Origin: Octopus vulgaris
Lineage: Eukaryota
Direction of reading: 5' to 3'
DNA: 64,000 bases
Assembly (NCBI GenBank): GCA_951406725.2
Contig: OX597815.1
Location: forward strand, 15,376,001 to 15,440,000
Shown here: piece after piece, positions 39,131 to 51,510 of the stretch
How positions within the stretch are numbered: the first letter of the stretch is position 1
Layout: each line of letters begins with the position of its first letter
The notes under the pieces: model-generated
What the model saw: only the letters and a program-made list of their open reading frames with translations
Databases searched by the model: none
Told to the model about the DNA's origin: nothing
Made by a program: the position numbers and the translations under genes

Positions 39131-40445
39131 AAGTTTGAAGTACACACACACACACAATGGGTTTCTTTCAGTTTCCATCTACCAAATCCATCCACAAGGC
39201 TTCGATCAGCCCAAGGCTATAATAGAAGACACTTGCCCAATCTGCCTTGCCGTAGGACTGAACCCAGAACCGTGTAACTGGGAAGGAAGTTTCTTTATTT
39301 CTTTTAAATTGCCATAAAGGCATTACATAGAGGGGGACACTACAATACATGTGGGGACATATAACAATTAAAATAAAAATATGGTGCTATGAATGACACA
39401 TAGAAAGGAACATGAAAAATATTAAAATCAAAATATCAAAATAATGATACAAGAATGATAACTTGAGAAATGAGAATATGAAAAGTGTACTACTCACCCC
39501 ACACTGAGTAACACCACTCACCACCTCTGAGTCCTGAGTCCTCTTTAGTCTTTGATCTAGTCTTTTGTTTACCATTTTCCCCATCGCTGAGTGACAACAC
39601 TCTCTCCTCCATTTACACGTAACCTTTTTCCCCGAGGGAGGGGTCTTGTAAATTTTGTGGTGTCTGTTCTTTCTTCTTTTTTTTTTTTCCTGTGGGGAGA
39701 GGGGTTGGGTGGGTTAGGTGTCTGTATGGGGAGGATGGGTCTGAGTGGTCTTGGGTGGGACTTTGTGCCTGTAGTAGAAAGGATTATTATTATTATTATT
39801 ATTATTATTGAGTGAGAGAGCAGTGCATGCCATCAAAGTGACACTGGGGTAAAATATACGAAGCCCAGTATACCCATCATGACTACCCATCTGATAAGGG
39901 TACACCAGGCACATGCATCACAACCATATGTGCGCAACATGGTGATCTCATATCAAGATAAACAGCACATGACCTTGCAGGTGGGTCCCAGTTAGAATTT
40001 TCTTCTGGTCAAGTAGCCCATCCTGCTCAAAAGGTCCCTGAATAAGGATTCTTTAAGGATGTTGAACGAACCACCCCTGGTTCCAAAGGTGAATTATCTA
40101 AACCTCTAAGAATTCCTCTCAACACATGGCTATGATGCTCCCCCACTACTTCTGGTTGTGATCAGAGATGCACATATCGTCAGCCACTAAGGGACATGCT
40201 CAATTGGTTAAGGTCAAACAACTGATAAGCAAATCTGTGGTATTGAGCAGAATATTTGCTGTAGCCCATCTTTTATACCAAGACAAAACAACGTACATGA
40301 TAACACTTCCAATCAGTTAAGATCAGAAGCCATGAGAGCCAATGTCTGATACTGCATCAGGGCATTTGTTGTTGTTGTTGTTGCTGTTGTTGTTGTTGCT
40401 GCTGCTGTTGTTGTTGTTACTGTTGATGCTGCTGCTGTTGTTGTT

Positions 40446-40482
<37 letters not shown>

Positions 40483-40485
40483 TTA

Positions 40486-40700
40486 AGGCGGTGAACTGGC
40501 AGAATCATTAGCATACCAGGCAAAATGTTTAGTAACATTTCATCTGTCTTTACATTCTGAGTTAAAATTCCACTGAGGTCAACTTTGCCTTTCATCCTTT
40601 CTGGGTTCATAAATACAGTACCATTGAAACACTGGGGTCGATGTAATCGACTGGTCCCCTCCCCCAAATTTCAGGCCATGTGCTTTTAGTAGAAAGGATT
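40486..40700 (+). mobile_element. SINE family A (diverged variant)
   Basis: Head and core match; it ends ~60 bp before the XPR1 ATG-exon acceptor. Confidence 0.75.
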
Positions 40701-40789
40701 ATTATTGTTGTTGTTGTTACATAATAGTGTATTTTTCTCTCTATTGTATATGTTTCAGATATTTTACTCTGTGAGATAGTTTATCCAGC

Positions 40790-40858
40790 ATGAAGTTTGC
40801 TGAACATCTTGGAGCTCACATCACGCCTGAGTGGCGGAAGCAATACATTCAATATGAG
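40790..40858 (+). CDS. XPR1: XPR1 (SPX-EXS phosphate exporter) coding exon 1
   Basis: [23 protein letters not shown], the SPX N-terminus. In-frame upstream stop at 40772. Donor GAG|gtaaga; 69 nt. Confidence 0.96.
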
Positions 40859-40989
40859 GTAAGAGTCTCACTTCATCATCATCATCACCAACACCTCCAC
40901 CTCAAACTAACTTCTACCAGTCTTCTTGTTCGCAGCACATCATACTCTCAAAACTATTTGCATTTCTGAATTATCAAAGAGAAATGACT

Positions 40990-41405
40990 CTTTACTCCTT
41001 TACTCTTTTACTTGTTTCAGTCATTTGACTGCGGCTATGCTGGAGCACCGCCTTTAATCGAGCAAATCAACCCCAGGACTTATTCTTTGTAAGCCCAGTA
41101 CTTATTCTATCGGTCTCTTTTGCCGAACCGCTAAGTGACGGCGACGTAAACACACCAGCTTTGGTTGTCAAGCAATGCTAGGGGGACAAACACAGACACA
41201 CAAACATACACACACATATTTATATAAACATACATATATACGACGGGCTTCTTTCAGTTTCCGTCTACCAAATCCATTCACAAGGCTTTGGTCGGCCCGA
41301 GGCTATAGTAGAAGGCACTTGCCCAAGATGCCACGCAGTGAGACTGAACCCGGAACCATGTGGCTGGTAAACCAGCTACTTACCAAACAGCCACTCCTGC
41401 ACCTA
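40990..41405 (-). mobile_element. CORE-type SINE family B
   Basis: Full-length family match. Confidence 0.85.
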
Positions 41406-41677
41406 TCGGTAAATAAATTCATCAGTTAATTGGCTTGGTAGGATCTGACAAGCTGGAGCACTGCATCATGCTCTAACCTCTGTTTTGGTATGGTTTCTAC
41501 TGATGGATATATTTTTTTAATTGTGACATCAGCAAGACTAAAGGTGCTCCTATAACTGAAGGAGAATTGGAGAGATGTTATGATTTGAGGTGAGATGATG
41601 AGAGAGAGAGTAAAGTATAATGAATGAAGCAGATTTACAATTGTGAGTGACGGTTGTGGAGAGAGTAACGTGAACCC

Positions 41678-41888
41678 TTAACCCTTTCATTACCGTATTT
41701 ATTTTGAGATGCTCTGTGTTTCATTCAAAGAATTTAGTAAAATAACTTAGTTATCATTAAGCTAGTGTTGAGAACATAAATTGTGACTAAAGTTTGGTGG
41801 GAGATTTTAATTCAAAAATTATGAAAACAAGACATTTGTACTACAGAGCCAGAGGTGGTTTTGGCCAGGTTGGTATCAAAAGGGTTAA
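41678..41888. mobile_element. piggyBac-type MITE family 1 (reverse orientation)
   Basis: TTAA-CCCTTT...AAAGGG-TTAA. Confidence 0.85.
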
Positions 41889-42010
41889 ACTACCTTCAAG
41901 ACTTTAAAGATATTTATTATTTGTTTTACATATTTAAACTATAAGCCTAATAATCTTCTCTCTCTCTCTCTGACACACACACACACATTTGGTAACTATC
42001 TATTGCTATG

Positions 42011-42238
42011 GCGGCAAGCTGGCAGAACCGTTAGCACGCCGGGCAAAATGCCTAGCAGTATTTCGTCTGTTGTTACGTTCTGAGTTCAAATTCCGCCGAG
42101 GTTGACTTTGCCTTTCATCCTTTCGGGGTCGATAAATAAAGTACCAGTTTCGCACTGGGGTCGATGTAATCGACTTAATCCCTTTGTCTGTCCTTGTTTG
42201 TCCCCTCTGTGTTTAGCCCCTTGTGGGTAATAAAGAAA
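42011..42238 (+). mobile_element. SINE family A, full length
   Basis: Flanked by the direct repeat TATCTATTGCTATGGC. Confidence 0.88.
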
Positions 42239-42502
42239 CATATCTATTGCTATGGCATCTCCCCATAACTGATAACAGATGTTAACACAACTACTTCATA
42301 GAGGAGAGGACAGAAGTATTTCCCAAGTGTGAAGTGTATTAGACTCTGTAATAATAGTAATCTGGTGACCGAAGACAGTCCTGACAACTTAGGGAATTAG
42401 TTTCTTATTGACACCCAAATAATCTCCAATTATTCAGTTTTCCTTGTTCAATATTGTTGTTACCAAATAAAGAAATTCAACTGGTTCTTTATCTCTTTAC
42501 AG

Positions 42503-42554
42503 GTAATGAAGAGTATGCTGTATGAGGCACAAGAACAGGCACCCTCATCTGAAG
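42503..42554 (+). CDS. XPR1: XPR1 coding exon 2
   Basis: tttacag|VMKSMLYEAQEQAPSSE+G|gtaagc; 52 nt, phase 0 to 1. Confidence 0.93.
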
Positions 42555-42868
42555 GTAAGCTGTTGTTGTCTTAGAAACCAATTGTTCTGTCACATATTTC
42601 CTTTGTTTTAAAGCACCCCACACTTCTCTTTGTAACATATCCTACAACTACCTGCATAATACAAAAATGTCTCATAATTCCTCTTTCTACCATCTTTCAT
42701 GATTTTGTACAAATTGTCCCACAAGTTCACTTATACAGTACATCCCACAAGTCCACTATATGCAAAATATCCCACAAGAGCCTGTGCCTTTGCCCTTCAA
42801 AAGCCTCCAAGATACTGAGATTGATATTGTTAAAATTCTGCTTAAATTTTTCTAAAATTGATGACTGC

Positions 42869-43295
42869 TCATCATCATCATCATCATCATTGTTTAACAT
42901 CTGCTTTCCATGCTAGCATGGGTTGGACGATTTTGACTGAGGGTTGGCGAACCAGACAGCCAGTTTCTATAGCTGGATGCCCTTCCTAATGCCAACCACT
43001 CTGAGAGTGTAGTGGGTGCTTTTTACGTGCCACTGGCATGGGGGCCAGTCAGGCAGTACTGGCAATGACCTCACTCGAATCTTTTTACACATACCACCGG
43101 CACAGGTGCCAGTAAGGTGACGTTGGTAACGTCACCTTTTATGTGCCACCGGCATGGAGCCAGTTGGATGCTCTGGCAACGGTCATGCTCGGATGGTACT
43201 CTTGGCACCCTACTAGCACTGGCACAAGTGCCAGTAAGGCGATGCTGGTAATGATCACGCTCGAATGGTGCCCTTTTATGTGCCACTGGCACAGA
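42869..43295 (-). mobile_element. RTE-LINE 3' tail repeat (family C)
   Basis: Family match. Confidence 0.8.
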
Positions 43296-43523
43296 AGCCG
43301 GGAAGAGAATTTTCATAGGTCAACATTCTGTGAAGAAAGGATTGAGTACAGCTGTTAGTATATGGTCGGAAGAGGTTGAACGCACGGGTGAGGAGAGAAA
43401 GAAGAGAATCAAGCAAACTGGAAATGCCTGAGCAGTGTGACGTGAGAGCAGCCAGCACAGAGCTCCGGAAGCTATTACAGCTGGAGTAGAAAAGGTAGAG
43501 AGAGAGGAGGAGAGAGTATTGTT

Positions 43524-43595
43524 TTCTACTATAGCCTCGGGCCGACCAAAGCCTTGAGAGTGGATTTGATTGACGGAAACTGAAAGAAGTCCGTC

Positions 43596-43631
<36 letters not shown>

Positions 43632-43820
43632 TTGTGTGTCTGTGTTTGTCCCCCCCAACATTGCTTGACAACCGATGGTGGTGTGCTTACATCCCCGTAA
43701 CTTAGTGGTTCGGCAAAAGAGACCGATAGAATAAATACTAGACACACAAAGAATAAGTCCTGGGGTCGATTTGCTCGAATAAAGGCGGTGCTCCAGCATG
43801 GTCGTAGTCAAATGACTGAA
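43524..43820 (+). mobile_element. CORE-type SINE family B, 5'-truncated
   Basis: Family match. Confidence 0.8.
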
Positions 43821-44419
43821 AAGTATTGTTTTGAGTGACTTCGTACCAATTAGTTGAGCAGCCTTTCTTTGGATATAAACTGTGATATTTTATGCATAGC
43901 AGCAGCACCATCCCAAATGTCTTGCAAACAACTTGCACATGCAAGTGCTACCAGTCAAAAACTCTGCATACCGGAAACCAGCAAGTGTATGGGGTCATCA
44001 GGAGAGAATGCGCGCCGTTTCAGGGCCTACCTCTCGACGGCATCAATGCGCACTGGCCCCACCTCACTGATATGAGGGCCCCGCTTGCTAGATCAGCTGG
44101 TTATCAAATAAAGCTCAATATTCTTCTAGCCATCGCACATCGTCTCTTTTTAACCAAATCTAGTGGCTAGCCTTCTCCCCTGTAGTTTGGTTTCAACTGA
44201 ACTTTGAGAGGGTTAGTTTTTGCTCTGTCCCATAAGGGAGAAGCCAATCTTTGAGCTGTGTGTTTGCTACTTTAAGAATGTGAATTTAGCAGGAGTGATC
44301 TGCTCAAAACTTAGCATTTGAATTATTAGAAGGACTCTAGTTATGTGCTGCTCGTGTTTAAGGCTAGATGAAGTGTAAGTGTAGTAATGTTTTGTTGATA
44401 TGTGATTGTGTATTTGTAC

Positions 44420-44790
44420 TGTTGAAGGAGACAAGATTAGTAGAAACCCATTAGAGAATGTTTTTGAGGTTTCTGCTTATAGAGTTAAGGTTGATTCCAT
44501 GTGTAATATCCAAGTTTCATACAGATGGTGCTCTGGTGTAGGAAGGTATGAAGGAGAGTGTATCATCTGCAAAGAGTGAGTGTTATTGAAGATAATAGCA
44601 ATGTCATTGATGTATAGGACAAAGGGTATGAAGGAGAAAATTGAACTTTCACGTAAACCAGAATGAACAGAATGTGAATCAGAGAGAACTCTGATGGTGC
44701 ATGCTGTGACAATGGGATCTAATAGGAAGCCACTAATCAAAAAGATGAGAGGCAGGTGGAACCTATAGGCAGGCAGTTTATATTAGTAGC
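44420..44790 (-). mobile_element. Decayed LINE reverse-transcriptase fragment
   Basis: Remnants resembling SGxxQGSxLSPxLFxLYIND...FADDT (VHSGLRESSIFSFIPFVLYINDI, then TTTGCAGATGATACA in a shifted frame). Confidence 0.6.
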
Positions 44791-44802
44791 ATACTAGTAT
44801 AG

Positions 44803-45830
44803 TTGCTTACCTGGCAACTATGTTATGGTTATAAAATTCAGGTTTTTCTACTGTGAAATCGTTAATCTAGCTACTGATCTTATATTGCAGTTGATCTATA
44901 GTGTAACTAGTAATGCAGTTATTGCTTATACCGTGCAGATATCCTATAGTATAATTAGTAGTGTAATTATTGGTTATACAACACAGGTGTTCTGCTACGT
45001 ATCAAATAAGACAGGTGACTAAACCCTGTTTCTGTAAAAATCAGCCCTTTGTCTGGCTGTAGTGTGGAATGATAGAAATATATCCTTTGCAGGCTATAAC
45101 TATTTGGGTTAGTTATCTGATCTCCTTTTCTGTTACTCTCTCTTATAAACCTCCTCCTCCCTCTCCTATCATCATTGTATCAATCCTAGTATTTTCGCTT
45201 TCAAAGGTTACCTTGAAAAGTTACCCTCCTAAGTTTCAGATGGTCTCTGCTCCATTAACCTAGATCTTAGCCAGGCAGCTTACAGTGAGTATGTAAAGTA
45301 CAGTTTACTCCAGCTTGGTGAATTGGTAGAAATTTTGCCTTTTTACATTATAAGTTCAAATCTCACTGACGTCTACTACATACTTTATTGACCCCTTTTT
45401 GAGTCAATAAAATATATATCAAATTATTAACTGTGAAGATTTGAATATAAATAACATTAAACATTATAAATACTGTCTAGAGACTGGCTGGCTCTCTGAC
45501 AGGACATGGAATATATAGTTATTGCTTACCTGGCAACTATGTTATGGTTATAAAATTCAGGTTTTCTATTGTGAAATCGTTAATCTAGCTACTGATTTTA
45601 TATTGCAGTTGATCTATAGTGTAACTAGTAATGCAGTTATTGCTTACACAGTGCAGATATCCTGTAGTATAATTAGTAATGTAATTACTGGTTATATAAC
45701 ATGGGTATTCTGCTATGTATCAAATAAGACAGTTACTGGATATATATTACAGGTGTTCTGTAATGTATCCAGCAATACAGGTACTGTTTATAAAGTGCAA
45801 GTGTTCTATTGCATAATCAGTAATATAGTC
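44803..45830. repeat. Degenerate ~45-bp minisatellite with a ~210-bp direct duplication (44803-45013 vs 45522-45732)
   Basis: Both copies start TTGCTTACCTGGCAACTATGTTATGG and end TATCAAATAAGACAG. Confidence 0.85.
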
Positions 45831-46369
45831 GTCCAGAAAGTAACAGATACAGAGTTCAAATTCCTTCAGTGTGACAATGTTAATTTTCTTTCTGAAACTG
45901 TTGCTTATAATGTTTAACATTCAAATAAGTATCAGTAACAGATCAAGTGAGTTTGTGTGGACCACACTTCTACCCCATACAGAGGTGAGTCAGTTCAGTA
46001 GACTATACCCTACCTATATATGAATGGTATAAATAATTCGGTACATCACCCCTATATTCGGTAGAAGAGTGAGTAAAATTCAGCAGACCACACCTTTATT
46101 CCATACTAGGTATGTCAATTTAGCACACCATACCTCTACCCCATGTAGGTGGAACTCTCCAGCTCAGTGTGTGTAGTTTAACATGCTATCAACATTACAG
46201 AAGAAAATGTGGAAGCAGTGTGTATGCACAATGTCAACATCCAACGGTAGCTAAATGGTAACTACATGGCAGTGAAATACGGGCTGTGACTGCTGAGGAC
46301 ATGCTTAAGCTTGCAAAAAATGATGCTAGTATTTTCCGCTAAATGTGTAATGTCAGTGTGCATACACAA

Positions 46370-47232
46370 CAGAGAGTAAGCGCCCTGAGAGAAAAGTTGG
46401 ACAGGTGTGGTGTGCTAGAGAGATGACTGCATTGGTATGGTCATGTGTTGCATATGAATGAGGACAGCTGTGTGAAAAAGTGTCACTCTAACAGTAGAGG
46501 GAACCTGTGGAAGAGGTAGACCCAGGAAGACAAGGGATGAAGCGGTGAAGCATGACCTTCAAGTGTTGGGCCTCACAGAAGTTATGACAAGTGACTGAGA
46601 CCTTTGGAGATATGCTGTGCTTGAGAAGACCCGGCAAGCCAAATGAGACCATAACTGAGGCCTATGTCAGTGCTGCATAACCAGCCCACTTAAGAGTACC
46701 CTCAATCATTGAGCAATATACTATGCTTCAGAAGACCTGTTGAGTCAAATGAAATCATTGCTGTGGCCAATACCAGTACCACCTGACTGACACATAAAAA
46801 GCACCATTCGAGTGTGGTCAATGCCAGTCCCTCCAGACTGGCTCCCGTGCCAGTGACATGTAAAAAGCACGATATGAACATGGTTGATGCCAGTGCTGCC
46901 TGACTGGTCCTCTGCCAGTGAAACATAAAAAGCACCATTTGAGCATGGTTGTTGCCAGTGTCGCAGGACTGGCTCCCGTGCTGGTGGCATGTAAAAAGCA
47001 CCATTCGAGCATGGTCAATGCCAGTAGTGCCTGACTGGTCCCCATGTCAGTGGCACATAAAAAGCACCCACTACACTCTCAGAGTGGTTGGCATTAGGAA
47101 GGGCATTCAGCTGTAGAAACCTTGTCAGATCAGATTGGAGCCTGGTGCAGCCTCTTGGCCTACCAGTCCTCAGTCAAACCATCCAACCCATGCCAGCATG
47201 GAAAGTGAACGTTAAACGATGATGATGATGAT
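46370..47232 (+). mobile_element. RTE-clade LINE 3' end (ORF terminus plus 3' UTR; source of family C)
   Basis: LHWYGHVLHMNE...CGRGRPRKTRDE runs directly into the subrepeat-containing tail, ending GTTAAAC(GAT)n. Confidence 0.85.
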
Positions 47233-47467
47233 TGAAGAAAAATTACTGCAGATTTAAATCTATTTTACACTTGCTCCGATGAAATTAAAAAGGGAAAAAG
47301 CTAGAATGGAAACAAAGAACTCTTGATACATTCATGAATATATAAGAGAGAGACTTTCTTCTTCAAATGAACCAAGTATAGGTAGCAAAGCCACATCTAG
47401 TGATCAACCCCAAACAAATATCAAAAAAATATTGAGTGATGTATAATAAACTAGTGATGTCTGTTTA

Positions 47468-47980
47468 TCTATATATATAAAACTGTAGTTGTGTGAGTGT
47501 CTGTCCCCTTCGATTTAGATTCCTAACTCCTCCCACATTTTGCGGTGCAGTTTAACCAAATTCGGGTATCTTATAGTCGTGATTCATATCGAGCCCGTCT
47601 GGCTATTAGCGCGTGTCTACGATGAGTCTACGATTTTAAAAATAATTTACCATCATTTTTTATTCCATTTTAATGCATAATTTTTCGTGTGTCGATGGCG
47701 GCGGAGTTGGCGTCCATGGTCACACCTGCACCTGTTTGCTTCTCCCCCTTCTTCCCTCCTTCGTGAAGCTGTGGGGAAGGGAGTGTAAGGAAATCAACGT
47801 CGTAAAGCATTGTCAAGGAGACCAGCGTTCTTTTAGAACAACGACTTCATGGCTTGAAGACACCAAAACAGAAATGGCTAAGAAAGCCCGAATTGGCATC
47901 TATAAGGGAAGTAACTCTCTAAAAATGCTTATATAGTTATTTCCCTTACAAACCCGAGCAATGCCGGGCGATACTGCTAG
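47468..47980 (+). mobile_element. Non-autonomous Helitron
   Basis: A|TC...CCCGAGCAATGCCGGG...CTAG|T. Ends shared with the 30038 copy, interior differs. Confidence 0.85.
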
Positions 47981-48149
47981 TTATTTATATAATCAATATT
48001 CTAGAAACAGCTGTAAGACCTTCTATCTATAAATGCTCTAATATCTATACAGCCTTGGTTTTGTTATCTCATTACACAAAAAATTCATATAATCAATATA
48101 TATATGGTGTATCTTATTTTCATAGCATAATATTTTTTATTTTGTCTTG

Positions 48150-48460
48150 CAAGTACTTGGTGACCCTGTCAGTGCAGGTGCCACTTAAAAGCATCCAGTC
48201 CACACTGTAAAGTTGTTGGTTTACAGAAGGAATCAGCTGCAAAAACCTTGCCAGAATGGACCTTTCTTGTGCTTGTGCCACATAAAAAGCACTAAGTCCA
48301 CTCTGCTGAGTGGTTGGTGTTAGGAAGGGCATCCAGCTGTAGAAACATTGCTAAAACAGTCACAGAAGTCTGATGCATGTTTCTGCCTGACTGGCTCTTG
48401 TGAAACCGTCCCACCCATGCTAGCAAGGAAAGCAGATATTAAATGATGACGATGATGATG
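48150..48460 (+). mobile_element. RTE-LINE 3' tail repeat (family C, diverged)
   Basis: Family match, ending ~55 bp upstream of exon 3. Confidence 0.75.
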
Positions 48461-48514
48461 AAAATGTATAATAAGGGAGTGAATAACATGTTTTTTTTTT
48501 TTGTATTTTTGCAG

Positions 48515-48616
48515 TTACTGACAGTGCTATTATCAAAAGATATTTCACAAGGTTTGATGAAAGTTTTTTCCAATTCTGTGAAAAGGAACTGACAAAAATC
48601 AACACCTTTTTCTCTG
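48515..48616 (+). CDS. XPR1: XPR1 coding exon 3
   Basis: ttgcag|(V)[33 protein letters not shown]+G|gtgagt; 102 nt, phase 1 to 1. Confidence 0.95.
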
Positions 48617-49089
48617 GTGAGTGTTAATTTCTCTTAATTTCACTATTTTACTATATTTCCCATTTGATATATAAAATTAATTGAAATATTTTAAGCTCAT
48701 TATTTTAATCAATTTATCCCTCCCATAATTCAAGGTTGATAAACAAAGATCTAACCCAGTTTGATGCAGGCACCTCTGCCTTCATTTGTGACATCCTCTG
48801 TGTTCTTCTGAGTCAAAGGTCAGAGAATTGAGAGAATGTCTGTGTACACTCATAACTATGTGAGCATCAAAAACATGTTTTGGCTATAGAAATGGTTTTT
48901 ATAAACGTTTTCCCTTTCTCACCCCCTTATACCTTTCTCTTTCTTCTGATGGACTAACTTCTGAAATGCTAAGATTTTCCCCCTTCCTTTTAAGTGTTAA
49001 GCTTATTCAATACTTATTAAGCCTTGTCCCTCTTGTGTTGCCCTTTTCTTTCTTTTACTGTTCATATATATATATATATATATATATCT

Positions 49090-49625
49090 GCTCAGTCAAA
49101 GTTGACTCTCGGTCACTCAATGGATCAGTGTTCTCCAGCCAGTTCTATCCTGGGTCACTTCTTTAGATTGGCTATGGCCATTCCCATGTCACTCTTGATG
49201 GTGTCAAGCCAGTGGGTTCTTGGTCAGCCTCTTCTTCTCTTGCCACTGACCATTCCGGGCATGATGTCCTTCTCCAGGGATTTTCTCCTCATAATATGAC
49301 CAAAATATGCCAATCTATGCTTGGTGATCCTAGCTTCTAGCGACAGTTTCGGCTTCATCTGGTTAAGAACTTCTCCATTGGTGAACCTCACTGTCCATGG
49401 AATCCGTAAAAGTCTTCTCCAACACCAAAGCTCGAATGCATTAATTCTCTTCTGGTCAGCTTTCTTTAGTGTCCAGGTATCGCATCCATATGTTGCTATT
49501 GGGAAGACGATTGCATTCACCAATCTGCATTTGGTAGCGAGGCTGATGTCTCTACACTTCCAGACCTTGCTCATGCTGACCATTGCCTCTCTGCCTAGTA
49601 CTACCCGCCGCCTTATTTCTGGAGT
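49090..49625 (-). mobile_element. RTE (BovB-like) LINE 3' fragment
   Basis: TKCRLVNAIVFPIATYGCDTW...AFELWCWRRLLRIPW...RLAYFGHIMRR. Confidence 0.88.
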
Positions 49626-49796
49626 GCAGTTATATATATATGTATATATATATTTCCTACATGTACTTCACATAAATGTTTCTGTTACTGCCATTTAGTT
49701 GACAGAAATGTCTACATTAATGACTTATTAATTACATTAATTACTACATGTGATCTACAGAATTGTCTGCATCACTCACATGTGGTCAGCAGAAAT

Positions 49797-50215
49797 ACTC
49801 TTACTCTCTTTTACTCTTTTACTTGTTTCAGTCATTTGACTGTGGCCATGCTAGAGCACCGCCTTTTAGTCGAGTAAATCGACCCCAGGATTTATTCTTT
49901 GTAAGCCTAGTACTTATTCTATCAGTCTCTTTTGCTGAACCGCTAAGTTACAGGGATGTAAACACACCACCATCGGTTGTCAAGCAATGGTGGGGAGACA
50001 AACACAGACACACAAACATATACACACATAGATATACATACACATATATACGATGGGCTTCTTCCAGTTTCCGTCTACCAAATCCACTCACAAGGCTTTG
50101 GTTGACCCGAGGCTATAGTAGAAGATAGTTGCCCAAGGTGCCGTGCAGTGGGACTGAACCCAGAACCATGTGGTTGGTAAGCAAGCTACTTACCACACAG
50201 CCACTCCTGCGCCTA
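49797..50215 (-). mobile_element. CORE-type SINE family B
   Basis: Full-length family match. Confidence 0.85.
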
Positions 50216-50404
50216 TGTCTATGTTACTCATATATAGTCTAAAGAAATATCTCTCTACATTGCCCATATATGGTATACAGAAATTCCTAGATCACCCACA
50301 CCCGATAGACAGAACTCTTTATATTAGCCACATGTTTTAAAGAGTAATGTCAGAAATGTATATTATCATCAAAATTAAAATTATTCTTTTTTTTTTTTTC
50401 ACAG

Positions 50405-50685
50405 AAAAATTTGCTGAAGCCACTCGGAAATTTGCCACATTAAATGCAGAACTACAAGAATATTCACAGCTCGAAGAAAAAGCAATGCACCGCCCTTCAT
50501 TGCGACGAAGACGTGGCAGTGTACATGTGCTATTTAAGGAGAAGAACAACAAAGTTATTAACACTCGGAAGATGCATGATCTCAAACTTGCCTTCAGTGA
50601 ATTCTATCTGAGTCTGATTCTTTTACAGAATTACCAAACATTGAATTTTACTGGTTTTAGAAAAATTTTTAAAAAACATGATAAA
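50405..50685 (+). CDS. XPR1: XPR1 coding exon 4
   Basis: cacag|(E)KFAEATRKF...DLKLAFSEFYLSLILLQNYQTLNFTGFRKIFKKHDK|gtaaga, including the SPX lysine cluster; 281 nt, phase 1 to 0. Confidence 0.96.
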
Positions 50686-50826
50686 GTAAGATATTTTTAT
50701 AACTTCATTATTATCTTAATTTTGGTTCTTGTTTATCATTTTTAAGCTTTGTATCTTATTTTTCGTTATGTTAATTCAATTAATAGCAACCTATTAAAAT
50801 AATGAGATATATAGACAAATTATTTA

Positions 50827-50855
<29 letters not shown>

Positions 50856-50858
<3 letters not shown>

Positions 50859-51510
50859 AATTATTGTATACAGTGCTCAGGTGCACCACAACTTGTCAAA
50901 AGTGTGTATAAAGCATATGCAGTAATGTAAATGTACAAATGTCTGGAAAGTGAACAGTGTATGAGTCAGATACATGCTTGCATGTGTATGGAGGGGAGAA
51001 AATCAGGTGTAGTATTGGCGAATCTTGGAAAGCATGGAAGTTTTGAAGGATGCAGTGCTCCGACAACTAACAACTGATGCCGGCAGTTTGTTCCAAGCTT
51101 CAGCAACTCTTAGCATGAAAAAAATATTTCTGAAAGTCATGGGAGCTGTGCTGTTTTCTGACTTTGTAAACATGTCCACAGGTGTTATAATAACAATAAT
51201 AATGAAATTATTGTATACAGTGCTCAGGTGCACCACAACTTGTCAAAAGTGCATATAAAGCATATGCAGTAATGTACAAATGTCTGGGAAGCGAACAGTG
51301 TATGAGTCAGATACATGCTTGCGTGTGTATGGAGGGGAGAAAATCAGGTGTAGTGTTGGGGAATCTCAGGAAGCATGGAAGCTTTGAAGGATGCAGTGCT
51401 CCGACAACTAACAACTGATGCTGGCAGTTTGTTCCATGCTTCAGCAACTCTTAGCGTGAAAAAAATGTTTCCGAAAATCATGGGAGCTGTGCTGTTTTCT
51501 GACTTTGTAA
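50856..51510 (-). mobile_element. Two tandem CR1-like 3' ends (third copy at 53570-53810)
   Basis: FFTLRVAEAWNKLPASVV plus 3' UTR and (TTA)n tail; units 50856-51182 and 51201-51510. Confidence 0.85.

Noticed and set aside
39810-40367. Segment between (ATT)n and (GTT)n tracts, considered as snRNA/rRNA-derived
   Set aside because: No match to RNA genes I recognise; probably an unclassified retroelement end, but not supportable from one copy.
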